Below, one piece after another: positions 1 through 8,157 of a stretch of 64,000 bases of DNA. The notes under the pieces were generated by a model. The model searched no databases and was not told the origin of the DNA. It worked only from the letters and a program-made list of their open reading frames with translations. The DNA is taken from IMG/VR virus record IMGVR_UViG_3300045988_160427. One strand, written 5' to 3'. The stretch is from a virus. The translations under genes and the position numbers were made by a program. Position 1 is the stretch's first letter. Every line of letters starts with the position of its first letter.

Positions 1-197
1 CCACACAGGTTTGCACCACACAGGTTTGCATAACGCAGGTCTGCACCACACAGGTTTGCATAACGCAGGTATGCACCACACAGGTTTGCACCACACAGGT
101 TTGCATAACGCAGGTCTGCACCACACAGGTCTGCACCACACAGGTTTGCATCACACAGGTTTGCATAACTCAGGTCTGCACCACGCAGGTTTGCACC
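1..197. repeat. 15-bp tandem repeat, about 13 copies (ccacacaggtttgca / taacgcaggtctgca variants)
   Basis: Directly visible head-to-tail 15-mers. They encode the pentapeptide repeats of the minus-strand gene. Confidence 0.9.
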
Positions 198-281
198 TTT
201 TAGATTGGCTCTTTCTCCTCCATTCCCTTCTAACCATTTTTTATGATTTTCTAAAATTGCATTTAATTTTTCTTGTGTCAC
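1..281 (-). CDS. pentapeptide-repeat protein, N-terminal part (gene runs off the window start)
   Basis: Minus frame reads [52 protein letters not shown]..., canonical A(D/N)LXX pentapeptide repeats after a typical N-terminal helix. GTG start at 281-279 is preceded by AAGAGG. No stop before position 1. The plus ORF 11..310 is the shadow frame. Confidence 0.6.
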   Translation of the reverse strand, partial: MTQEKLNAILENHKKWLEGNGGERANLKGANLRGADLSYANLCDANLCGADLCGADLRYANLCGANLCGAYLRYANLCGADLRYANLCGANLC

Positions 282-355
282 TATCTTACACCTCTTTTAT
301 GAATATTTAGCTAAACAATATTAAATATTTATAAAAATAATTTTTTATACAATTA

Positions 356-829
356 TTATTCTATTCCAAAATGAATTTTTATTAATTCAATCATCTTTTT
401 GTATTCACGCCCATACAAGGTATCTCCGTGCGTTTCTTCTACCCTGTTATAAAAGTCATCCAGATTTCCATAAAAGCAGCCACATGTAACATGAATCGCT
501 CCATCTTTTGTTTTGAAAGCTGTGGTTGTTCTAAGCGCAGAGCCAAAACCACTCATAGAACAAATATCGGACGAATGTTTTATATCAGCATCGCCAGAGA
601 CCCGCGCATTGCCAGAGACCCACGCATCGCCATAGACCAACGCGTTGCCAGAGACCCGCGCATTGCCAGAGACCCATGCACTGCCTTCATGTGATAGATT
701 TTTTTCAGATTCTATCCAGCCGCCAAATTCTCCTTCTTTTACATCTCCAAAATCGCGTAGCGCTTGTATACGGTATAACGTTCTGCATCCTACAATTGTT
801 TTCTCATCTGTAAGTCTGTATTTTTTCAT
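356..829 (-). CDS. repeat protein with hexapeptide-type (xVSGNA) beta-helix-like repeats, function unknown
   Basis: 157-aa ORF. RBS-like AAAGGA upstream of ATG at 829. Core is WVSGNA RVSGNA LVYGDA WVSGNA RVSGDA. Confidence 0.5.
   Translation of the reverse strand: MKKYRLTDEKTIVGCRTLYRIQALRDFGDVKEGEFGGWIESEKNLSHEGSAWVSGNARVSGNALVYGDAWVSGNARVSGDADIKHSSDICSMSGFGSALRTTTAFKTKDGAIHVTCGCFYGNLDDFYNRVEETHGDTLYGREYKKMIELIKIHFGIE
593..685. repeat. 18-bp tandem repeat x5 (gccagagacccgcgcatt variants) inside CDS 356..829
   Basis: Visible direct repeats that encode the hexapeptide units. Confidence 0.9.
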
Positions 830-982
830 TTTTTAAATCCTTTCCTATAATTTGAAATAATATTTTATAAATTATTTATTAAACATAGTTTGAAAATTCT
901 TTAATTCGTTCTAAAAACAGTCTAATACGCTCCTTTTAATTTATACTTTTATTAATTTTGTTCTTGTTGATTGGTCTTAAAT

Positions 983-1058
983 GGTGGACCCTCTGGGACT
1001 CGAACCCAGGACAATCCGGTTATGAGCCGGGCACTCTAACCAACTGAGCTAAGGGTCC
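983..1058 (-). tRNA. tRNA-Met (anticodon CAU), elongator-type; could be tRNA-Ile2 if lysidinylated
   Basis: Reverse complement GGACCCUUAGCUCAGUUGGUUAGAGUGCCCGGCUCAUAACCGGAUUGUCCUGGGUUCGAGUCCCAGAGGGUCCACCA folds as a cloverleaf: 7-bp acceptor, D stem GCUC/GAGU, anticodon loop CUCAUAA, 5-nt variable loop, T loop UUCGAGU, encoded CCA. 1:72 is a G-C pair, so not an initiator. Confidence 0.85.
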
Positions 1059-1061
1059 ATA

Positions 1062-1083
1062 ATTTCTAGTCGAAACTAGAAAT
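1062..1083 (-). terminator. hairpin tttctagt-cgaa-actagaaa immediately downstream of minus gene 1087..1497
   Basis: Perfect 8-bp inverted repeat with 4-nt loop. The T-run is only on the plus side, so strand assignment is uncertain. Confidence 0.3.
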
Positions 1084-1086
1084 ATT

Positions 1087-1497
1087 TTAATATTTTTCAT
1101 AAATATAACCATCTGAAGATGTATAATAAATATTTTTTATTCCTATATCTTTTATGGCTTGTTTACATGCTTTACATGGTTTTGCTAAAGCTGTTTTTCC
1201 ATTTTTATGCTCTCTATAAATAAACATATTAACTTTTTTCCAATCTATTTCAATGTTTCTTATTTTTAATATGCTCATCATTTCAGCATGTAATGGATTC
1301 TTATATTTATCCGTATCAAAATTTCTATACTTGTTATAATATTTTTGTAACGGATTTTCCTTTTTAGTATTCCAACCAACCGAAAGAATTTTGTTTTTAT
1401 ATATTAAAACACATCCGATATGTATTCTAGGAAAATCACTAAAATTACTAGCGTTTTTTGCCAACATGAAATATTTTTCTATTTGAGAATTATTCAT
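1087..1497 (-). CDS. dCMP deaminase (cytidine/deoxycytidylate deaminase family)
   Basis: Zinc-binding motifs HAEMMSI (H-A-E) and PCKACKQAI (PCxxC). Confidence 0.75.
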   Translation of the reverse strand: MNNSQIEKYFMLAKNASNFSDFPRIHIGCVLIYKNKILSVGWNTKKENPLQKYYNKYRNFDTDKYKNPLHAEMMSILKIRNIEIDWKKVNMFIYREHKNGKTALAKPCKACKQAIKDIGIKNIYYTSSDGYIYEKY

Positions 1498-1643
1498 CTT
1501 TCATCATCTACTACTTCACATTCTCCATATAAAATTAAAAGACATTCACCATTTTCTTCTTTTTGTTTTTCTGGATGTTCGCATTCTTTATAAATTTTAT
1601 TATAATATTGACAATATATATTTGAATCACTTACATACGACAT
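1494..1643 (-). CDS. small Cys-rich protein (49 aa), possible zinc ribbon
   Basis: ATG at 1643. Stop TGA overlaps the ATG of the dCMP deaminase gene (ATGA coupling). Four Cys: C11, C21, C34, C42. Confidence 0.3.
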   Translation of the reverse strand: MSYVSDSNIYCQYYNKIYKECEHPEKQKEENGECLLILYGECEVVDDER

Positions 1644-2199
1644 AGTTTATAAAATCCTCCACTGTTTTTTTATAGATTTCATTTATCTCTTGTTGGCTTT
1701 TAATTTTAATTGGTTTATGATTATTGATAATATAATCATAATTATAATTATTCACATTGTTGTCAGAATTGTTTCCATAATCAATTTGTAACTTCTCTAC
1801 TTCTGGTGATGTTATTAAAATTGTTTTAGCATGTAAAAATTCTACATATTTATCAATTTCTTTAGGTTCTCTACAATGAATAAATATGATATTATTATAA
1901 TTTTTATTTTCTTTACAAATTTCACAAATTTTTTCTTTTGTTCTTGAAAAAGTGTATCCCTGTATATCAACCGCTTCTTTAAGTAAACTAAACATTTTTC
2001 TATTTTTTAATGTTTTTTCTTTGTTGAGTCCAAGATCATCAATGAATTTTAATAGAGGTTCCATTGTTGAAATGTTATGAACTAAATAATTTGATTCAGT
2101 TAAATGTTCTTTTACAATACTTACAAAAGTATCTTTACCTATTTTTGGTCTGCCATTAATAACGTAAAATTGATTCATTTTTTTTATTTTACCTTTCAA
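1627..2199 (-). CDS. P-loop kinase, possibly deoxynucleoside monophosphate kinase-like
   Basis: N-terminal VINGRPKIGKDTF resembles the G-x-x-x-x-GK-[DT] loop of T4 gp1-type dNMP kinases. Sits in a nucleotide-metabolism cluster. Confidence 0.4.
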   Translation of the reverse strand: MKGKIKKMNQFYVINGRPKIGKDTFVSIVKEHLTESNYLVHNISTMEPLLKFIDDLGLNKEKTLKNRKMFSLLKEAVDIQGYTFSRTKEKICEICKENKNYNNIIFIHCREPKEIDKYVEFLHAKTILITSPEVEKLQIDYGNNSDNNVNNYNYDYIINNHKPIKIKSQQEINEIYKKTVEDFINYVVCK

Positions 2200-2239
2200 T
2201 TTATGTTTGTAAACATTATATTATATAAAAAATTTTTTG

Positions 2240-2665
2240 TCAATTATTTTTTAATATTTCTAAAGCTTTTAAATATCTTTTTTCCAACTTTTCATTCCTT
2301 TTTTTATTTTGTATTCTTTCAAACACTAAATTGTGTTTAATATCTTCTATTTTTACTTTTCGAGCAATTGGATTAGAACAAATATTTTTTATATATTCAA
2401 AATAAGTATCATGTGTTGATTTCGTTAATAAAACCAATGGCTCTATTACTTCTTTTGGAAAATATCCTTCCAACTCTTCTTTGGATACAAAAGTATCTTC
2501 TAAAACATCGTGCAGGATTGCAACACAAATATCTGTTTCATTATTAAATTTTTCTGCTATGTGATATGGATGAAAAATATATGGAACATTACCTTTATCT
2601 TTTTGACCATGATGTGCCTTGTATGCTATGTTTAAGGCTTTATTTATCATTTTGGTATAAATCAT
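2240..2665 (-). CDS. HD-domain phosphohydrolase
   Basis: KAHHGQKDKGNVPYIFHPYHIA ... LHDVLEDT, the H..HD...D metal-binding pattern of HD superfamily hydrolases. Confidence 0.7.
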   Translation of the reverse strand: MIYTKMINKALNIAYKAHHGQKDKGNVPYIFHPYHIAEKFNNETDICVAILHDVLEDTFVSKEELEGYFPKEVIEPLVLLTKSTHDTYFEYIKNICSNPIARKVKIEDIKHNLVFERIQNKKRNEKLEKRYLKALEILKNN

Positions 2666-2667
2666 AT

Positions 2668-2865
2668 TTACTGTCCTTTCTTTATATCGTCTACCACAGT
2701 CATTAAAGCATGAAAACTTTCATACATATTTTCATAAAGATTGGAAGATTCTTCATTTGCAGCCTTTGGATTTAAAAATGCTTCAACATCTTTTATTCCT
2801 TTTTTAGATAAATAAGAGAAAATATTAATATCGTCAACGGAATTAAATAATGATTTTACTTTCAT
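2668..2865 (-). CDS. hypothetical protein (65 aa)
   Basis: ORF with AAAGGAAG RBS upstream of ATG at 2865. Last gene of the leftward block. Confidence 0.4.
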   Translation of the reverse strand: MKVKSLFNSVDDINIFSYLSKKGIKDVEAFLNPKAANEESSNLYENMYESFHALMTVVDDIKKGQ

Positions 2866-3204
2866 ATGAAACTTCCTTTATAATCATATTTACAAGTTTG
2901 TATAATATAAAGGTAGTTTAAGGTTTCTACGATCTTCAGTTCTTAAAAGTGTTTACTCCCTTAAACTTACCTACAAACGTTTGTATACTTACTATAAAAT
3001 ATAAAATAATAAATGTCAAGCATAATTTAAAAATTTTTTTATAATTATAATAATATAAAGGATTTTATATAAATAATTAGAATATATTAATAAAAAAGAG
3101 TAAAATAATTATTTTAAAATTTGTCCAAACGAATATATAAATATATATAATATATATTATATAATATACACGTCTGTACAAATTTCATATTTTATATATA
3201 ATTT

Positions 3205-3290
3205 AATCATGAATGTAATGAATGATTAAATTATATATAAAATAAAATAAATTAATATTTGAATGTAATGAAAATATTAATTTATTTTCA
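3205..3290. promoter_or_regulatory. two copies of 12-mer GAATGTAATGAA (3211-3222, 3261-3272), each inside a 6-bp inverted-repeat context (AATCAT..ATGATT; TTTGAA..TTCAAA)
   Basis: Seen directly. Located in the 520-bp AT-rich divergent intergenic region. Candidate operator or origin-type sites. Confidence 0.3.
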
Positions 3291-3325
3291 AATATATTAT
3301 ATTATATATTATTATATATTTTCTA

Positions 3326-3354
3326 TTTACAAAATAAAAAACATATGATATAAT
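3326..3354 (+). promoter_or_regulatory. sigma-A-type promoter TTTACA-17 bp-TATAAT with extended -10 TG (TGaTATAAT)
   Basis: TTTACA 3326-3331, 17-bp spacer, TATAAT 3349-3354 with TG at 3346-3347. It is 30 bp upstream of the first plus-strand gene (GGAGG RBS at 3374). Confidence 0.6.
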
Positions 3355-3385
3355 CAAGTAAACAAACAACAAAGGAGGTGCGAAT

Positions 3386-3583
3386 ATGCAGGATCAATGG
3401 ATTGAAATGTCTTATAATAGATATAACAGAGATAAAAATAAAGAAATTTTTAATATAGATTCATATAAATATTATTGCATTCATTATTACGATTTTAAAG
3501 AAGATAATTATGAAGATGATTACAATCCCTTACTAAAAGAAATAACTTATAAAGAGGTGAAACTTTTTCTTGAAAAATATTAA
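3386..3583 (+). CDS. hypothetical protein (65 aa)
   Basis: First ORF after the promoter. Strong RBS AAAGGAGGTG. Confidence 0.4.
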   Translation: MQDQWIEMSYNRYNRDKNKEIFNIDSYKYYCIHYYDFKEDNYEDDYNPLLKEITYKEVKLFLEKY

Positions 3584-6053
3584 TATTTTACAACTACAGG
3601 CCAAAGATGTTGTTTTTAATGATTATAAAGTAAAATCATTGAAAAGATATAGTGCTGTATTTGATTATTCTTTAGAAAGTATAAAAATGGAAGAAATTCA
3701 TCATAAAGTTTTTAGAAATAATAAATTTATTTTTCAAGAGAACGGAAAAAATTATACTAATGACATTATTTCAATTGCCTTTGATTATCGTCATAAGAAT
3801 TATTCCATATTTGAACTTAGAAATAAATTATATAAAGATGGCTTCTATTGTGAGGGGAAACATTATGTTAGATACAAAAGATCAAGTGGAAGTGCCAGAG
3901 TTGGTAAATGTTTATTTATTCGTGAAGAATTATATTATCCAATGATGAAATGGTCTAATATGGGTTTATCTTTCAAGAAAGACAGTGAAGTAGATTTAGC
4001 TTCTATGGAGGCTTATATTGCTTTGACCACGTCAAGTATTATAGGTACTATACAAATTTATCCAGAAAATATTTTATTAATAGATGACTATGAATCAATT
4101 TTCGAAGATGAGGCTGTAGTTGTAGAAGTTGAAAATAATAAACTTCGTGCTAATAATAAAAAAACTATTATTAAAAATTCTATTTGGGATGGTCAAAGTT
4201 TATTAGATGAATCTTTGTTTAATGGTGAATACAAAGATAAAGGAATGCTATTGTTAAGAAATCGTTTCTTCAAATCTTGTTGTTTTAATACAAAAATACA
4301 AAAATTTTTCAAAGATCATAAAATTACTTCAATAAATCAGTTAAAAGGAAAAACAATAGCAAAAGATATTTCTCAAATCAAACTTATAACTACTCCTTCC
4401 AGTATTAAATTTTTAAAATTTGGAACTTATGATAACTTTTTAGAAAGAATGGATTCATTGTTTGGTGTTGTTAAATATGATAAAAAAACACATTTTATGG
4501 AGGGCGAATTAGTACAAACTCATTATCAACTATTGAATACATTAGAATTCACAAGAGAAGACATGGAAAAATTTTTAGAAGATTCTTTTGATTATTTAAA
4601 AAAATTAAAAAGAGATTTAAGTGTATTTAGATATCAATTAAAAATTAAAAATAATATATTAAATAGATTTCAATTACAATCAATGAATGATTTTATATAT
4701 CAAATGTTAATTTTAAATGATGATATTAAAAAAACATCCATGTTTTACAATTTCAAAAAAGAATTTATAAGAGCTTATATTGCCAATATGCGGAAAGGTC
4801 ATATTCTTGTGAATGGTAATTATTCTACGATGATGGGTAATGGGTATGAAATGTTATTAGAATCCATTGGTAAATTTTTAGGAGTAAGTGTGATTGAAAA
4901 AGAGCATGTAATGACTGTAAGATTCCCTTCCGAAAAAGAATTATTAGGAATTAGAAGCCCTCATATAACAATGGGGAATATATGGGTAGTTAAAAACAGA
5001 ATTTATTCAGAATATTTAAAATATTTTAATTTAAGTGAGCAAATTATTTGTGTGAATGCAATAGAAAGTAATTTACAAAATAGATTAAATGGATGCGATT
5101 ATGATAGTGATAGTATTTTAGTAACTGATAATAAAATTTTAGTTGAAAAAGCTAAAATGAACTATGATAAATTTTTAGTTCCAGTACCAAATATACCTTC
5201 TACCAAAATTAAAAGGTATAATAATTATAATCATAAAAATGATTTAGACGACAAAACTTCGGTGAATAAAATAGGGGAAATAGTTAATTATTCTCAAGTA
5301 TTAAATTCTTTTTTATGGGAACTAAAAAAAGAAGGCAAAGATTATAGTAGTGTTTATAATGATATTTGCATATTAGCTGTAATGAGTGGTATAGAAATTG
5401 ATAAAGCTAAAAAAGAATATTCGATTAATAATGAAATGGCATTAAAAGAATTGAAAACTAAATATAAGTATATTATTGATAAAAAACCTATGTTTTTTAG
5501 TTATTTACCAAATAAATTTATTTTATTCGATCAAGAAATTTTATCAAAATGTTATAGAAACTATGAAACCTCTATGGATTATTTAGAAAACTCTATAAAC
5601 AAAAATCAAAAAAAAATTAGAGCGCCTAAAGAAGAAAAAATAACGATTGGTGAATTAGTTAATAATAATGATTACATCATTGAAAGGAAAGATAAAATAA
5701 AAGCTAGGAGAGTAATTAAAGAGTGCGAGATATTAAAAAATAAAAGTGATTTAGTATGGAGCAATCCTACTTTAAGTTCTCAAGAAAAATATTTTACTAC
5801 TTTAGAATTACAAGACGATTTTATTAAGAAAATAAAAAATAAAAAATTAACAAAAGAAGTTATATGTTTTATTCTTAAAAATCTTTCTACTAAAATACAG
5901 AGGAAAATGTTATTTACTCTTTATCAAACGAATCCTCAACAGGTAGAAGATTTATTAATGGATAAAAAGAAAAAAATAGAAATAATAAAAAGAGATGATG
6001 ATGGCGATATTATTTTATATCAAAAAAAGTTTAAAAAAATACAAAAACAATAA
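3570..6053 (+). CDS. large protein of unknown function (827 aa) with ...NGCDYDSDSILV... acidic loop
   Basis: Long uninterrupted ORF at the head of the late operon. DxDxD-type motif DYDSD near residue 505 and GNYSTMMGNGYEML near 420. No Walker motifs seen. Confidence 0.5.
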   Translation: MKNINILQLQAKDVVFNDYKVKSLKRYSAVFDYSLESIKMEEIHHKVFRNNKFIFQENGKNYTNDIISIAFDYRHKNYSIFELRNKLYKDGFYCEGKHYVRYKRSSGSARVGKCLFIREELYYPMMKWSNMGLSFKKDSEVDLASMEAYIALTTSSIIGTIQIYPENILLIDDYESIFEDEAVVVEVENNKLRANNKKTIIKNSIWDGQSLLDESLFNGEYKDKGMLLLRNRFFKSCCFNTKIQKFFKDHKITSINQLKGKTIAKDISQIKLITTPSSIKFLKFGTYDNFLERMDSLFGVVKYDKKTHFMEGELVQTHYQLLNTLEFTREDMEKFLEDSFDYLKKLKRDLSVFRYQLKIKNNILNRFQLQSMNDFIYQMLILNDDIKKTSMFYNFKKEFIRAYIANMRKGHILVNGNYSTMMGNGYEMLLESIGKFLGVSVIEKEHVMTVRFPSEKELLGIRSPHITMGNIWVVKNRIYSEYLKYFNLSEQIICVNAIESNLQNRLNGCDYDSDSILVTDNKILVEKAKMNYDKFLVPVPNIPSTKIKRYNNYNHKNDLDDKTSVNKIGEIVNYSQVLNSFLWELKKEGKDYSSVYNDICILAVMSGIEIDKAKKEYSINNEMALKELKTKYKYIIDKKPMFFSYLPNKFILFDQEILSKCYRNYETSMDYLENSINKNQKKIRAPKEEKITIGELVNNNDYIIERKDKIKARRVIKECEILKNKSDLVWSNPTLSSQEKYFTTLELQDDFIKKIKNKKLTKEVICFILKNLSTKIQRKMLFTLYQTNPQQVEDLLMDKKKKIEIIKRDDDGDIILYQKKFKKIQKQ

Positions 6054-6158
6054 TATTTTTGTGCCATTTAGTACATTTGTTTTCCCTGAAAAAGGATGAA
6101 TTCATCTATATAAAGCATGTTGTCAATAACGGTTATTATAGGAGAGAAAGGAATTATT

Positions 6159-6512
6159 ATGAGAGAATTAAAAAGAGACGAATTAATATCTATGTTATCT
6201 ATAAAAAGTGGCGTTACAAAAAAAGAAACTGAAAAGATTTTAAAATCTTTGGATTTTGTTGTTTATAATTCTATTATTCGTGGTTTTATGGTTAGAATTC
6301 CTGGTATAGGAAAATTTGAACCTAAACCAGTAAAAGAAAGAAAAGAAGCTCGTAATTATGGTGGGAAAGACTTCCTAGGAAATGATATTATTATTCCACC
6401 AACTCCTGCTTTTTGCAGACCTTCTTTTACTTTTGTTAATCAGTTCAAACAAAAAGTAAAAGAAGCAACCACTGGGAGAGTTTATGAAAGAAAGGAAGAT
6501 AAGAATGGCTAG
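6159..6512 (+). CDS. HU/IHF-family DNA-binding protein
   Basis: ELISMLSIKSGVTKKETEKILKSLDFVVYNSI...RIPGIGKFE...RNYGGKDF...IPPTPAFCRPSFTF matches the HU fold pattern (helix-turn, GFGxF arm, proline-containing beta arm). Start placed at the MRELK methionine, which has an AGGAGAGAAAGGA RBS. Confidence 0.7.
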   Translation: MRELKRDELISMLSIKSGVTKKETEKILKSLDFVVYNSIIRGFMVRIPGIGKFEPKPVKERKEARNYGGKDFLGNDIIIPPTPAFCRPSFTFVNQFKQKVKEATTGRVYERKEDKNG

Positions 6513-6948
6513 GCCATTAAGAGAAAAAGAATTATATAGAGCAATTACTAAGCATGCAAAAAGTAATGATATAAGACAAGGAGAGAAATATTATAATGCT
6601 CTGTTTTCTGTTATTGTATCAGAACTATCAGCTGCTGGCGAAATTAATTTGCCCAAAATTGGTAAGTTATTAACCCACAGAACAGGTGGGGAAGAGAAAA
6701 CTTTTAGAAATCCATTAACTGGTGAAACTTTTACTAAATTCGTTGAACCAGGATATTTAATTAGTTTTCAATGTTCTAATCAATTAAAAGAACTAATTAA
6801 TGGGAAAACTAAAAAACCATTGTCCAAAAGTGATCCTAAATATCAAAAGTTGAAAAGAGACATGGAAAAATATAAAGATTTACAAGCACAAACAGATATA
6901 TTAAAAATGTTGGATGAGTTACAAAACGAAGAAAAGGAGGAATCTTAA
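6505..6948 (+). CDS. HU/IHF-family DNA-binding protein, second paralog
   Basis: KELYRAITKHAKSNDIRQGEKYYNALFSVIVSELSAAGEINLPKIGKLLTHRTGGEEKTFRNPLTGETFTKFVEPGYLISF follows the HU pattern. Start set at MARPL to avoid overlap. Confidence 0.7.
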   Translation: MARPLREKELYRAITKHAKSNDIRQGEKYYNALFSVIVSELSAAGEINLPKIGKLLTHRTGGEEKTFRNPLTGETFTKFVEPGYLISFQCSNQLKELINGKTKKPLSKSDPKYQKLKRDMEKYKDLQAQTDILKMLDELQNEEKEES

Positions 6949-6950
6949 TT

Positions 6951-8132
6951 ATGGAGATAAATAATGATTCTTCTATTTTTTCTAAAATTTTTAATTTAAC
7001 TCAGAGTGTAAGAAAAGGCGAAATTACATATGAGGATTATGCTTCTTTATTGGATAGTAATTATTCTATAGATACGTTGCGTAAGTTTTCTTATGTTTTT
7101 TCTGAAATTTTTTCGAATATAGATCAAGAAAATATAGACTTATCTACTGAATTAAAAGATTTAAAAGAAGAAATAATTAAAGAACGACAAAAGCTACAAT
7201 TGGTCAGAACTGATTATAATGCTTCTATTCGTTATGATGCAAGAAAAGAATTATTTAATGAAATGGTTTTAGATTCTATAAATAAATTAAAACCTATCGA
7301 AGTTAAAAAAACCGTCTTTTCTAATAGAACTCCTGAGAAAACAGGAGTTTTGTTTATATCTGATGAACATTATGGGAAAGATTTTAAACTTTATGGAGTT
7401 TATAATGAAGTCGTGAATGAATATTCGCCTAAAATATTTAAAGAAAGAATGTGGAATCTTTTATCAAAAATTAATAATGATATTTTTGATATGGGATATG
7501 AAAAATTAATAGTGTGTGATTTAGGGGATAATATAGAAGGAATTTTAAGAGCTACAAATTCATTGCGTAAATTAACAGTAGGAGTAGTTGATTCAATAAT
7601 AGAATATAGCGAATTTATTTCTATATGGTTGAATGAATTATCTCAACGTTTGGAAATACCAATAGAATATCATTTAAATGGAGGAAACCATGATATTTTA
7701 AGAATATTAAATTCTAAACCTGATTTCGATGAAGAAAATGTAGGTAAATTAATAAATCACTATATAAAATTGAGATTAAAAGATAATAAAAATATTTTAA
7801 TAGGCTCTTATTCTGATATTGGTTGTCATAATTTGTACGGTGTTAATATGTTAACCTATCATGGGGCTGGTAAAGATTTGAGTTCTGAAATCTCTTTCTT
7901 TGAAAATTATTATCAATTAGATATAGATTTATTAGTTTGTGGGCATTTACACACTGAAAAAGAAATAGCTTTAGGAAGTGGATATTTAGGTAACAGATTG
8001 GGTATAGTTTGTCCTTCTATTATGGGCCCAGATGATCATAGTAAAAAAATCAGAAAAACCAGTAGACCCGGGGCTAAATTTATTTTATTTAGCAAGGATG
8101 GAATTGATTTAGAAAAAACATACTATTTATGA
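6951..8132 (+). CDS. calcineurin-like metallophosphoesterase (SbcD/Mre11-like phosphoesterase fold) with N-terminal coiled coil
   Basis: Motifs DEHYG (D-x-H), CDLGDN (GD), GGNHD (GNHD/E), CGHLH (GH). Confidence 0.7.
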   Translation: MEINNDSSIFSKIFNLTQSVRKGEITYEDYASLLDSNYSIDTLRKFSYVFSEIFSNIDQENIDLSTELKDLKEEIIKERQKLQLVRTDYNASIRYDARKELFNEMVLDSINKLKPIEVKKTVFSNRTPEKTGVLFISDEHYGKDFKLYGVYNEVVNEYSPKIFKERMWNLLSKINNDIFDMGYEKLIVCDLGDNIEGILRATNSLRKLTVGVVDSIIEYSEFISIWLNELSQRLEIPIEYHLNGGNHDILRILNSKPDFDEENVGKLINHYIKLRLKDNKNILIGSYSDIGCHNLYGVNMLTYHGAGKDLSSEISFFENYYQLDIDLLVCGHLHTEKEIALGSGYLGNRLGIVCPSIMGPDDHSKKIRKTSRPGAKFILFSKDGIDLEKTYYL

Positions 8133-8157
8133 GAAAAGGGTAAACGGAGGATAAACA

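Noticed and set aside
1-197. Possible CRISPR array (regular short repeats)
   Set aside because: Repeats are 15 bp, directly abutting with no spacers, and coding (pentapeptide repeats). Likewise the 18-bp repeats at 593-685. Not CRISPR.
11-310. Plus-strand ORF translating the 15-bp repeats as [16 protein letters not shown]...
   Set aside because: Shadow frame of the minus-strand pentapeptide-repeat gene. The minus frame gives a canonical A(D/N)LXX family protein with a proper N-terminus and RBS. The plus product is a low-complexity His/Thr/Gly repeat with no start context.
428-836. Plus-strand ORFs 428..694 and 645..836 (ARDPRIARDPRIA...)
   Set aside because: Antisense shadow of the longer minus ORF 356..829 across the 18-bp repeat. 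Implausible low-complexity translation.
3570-6053. Calling the 827-aa protein a family B DNA polymerase
   Set aside because: Only a loose resemblance of DYDSDSILV to motif C (YGDTDS). No motif A (DxxSLYPS) or motif B (KxxxNSxYG) and no exonuclease motifs are visible. The genome already encodes a DnaE-type replicase. Kept only as an unknown protein with an acidic loop.
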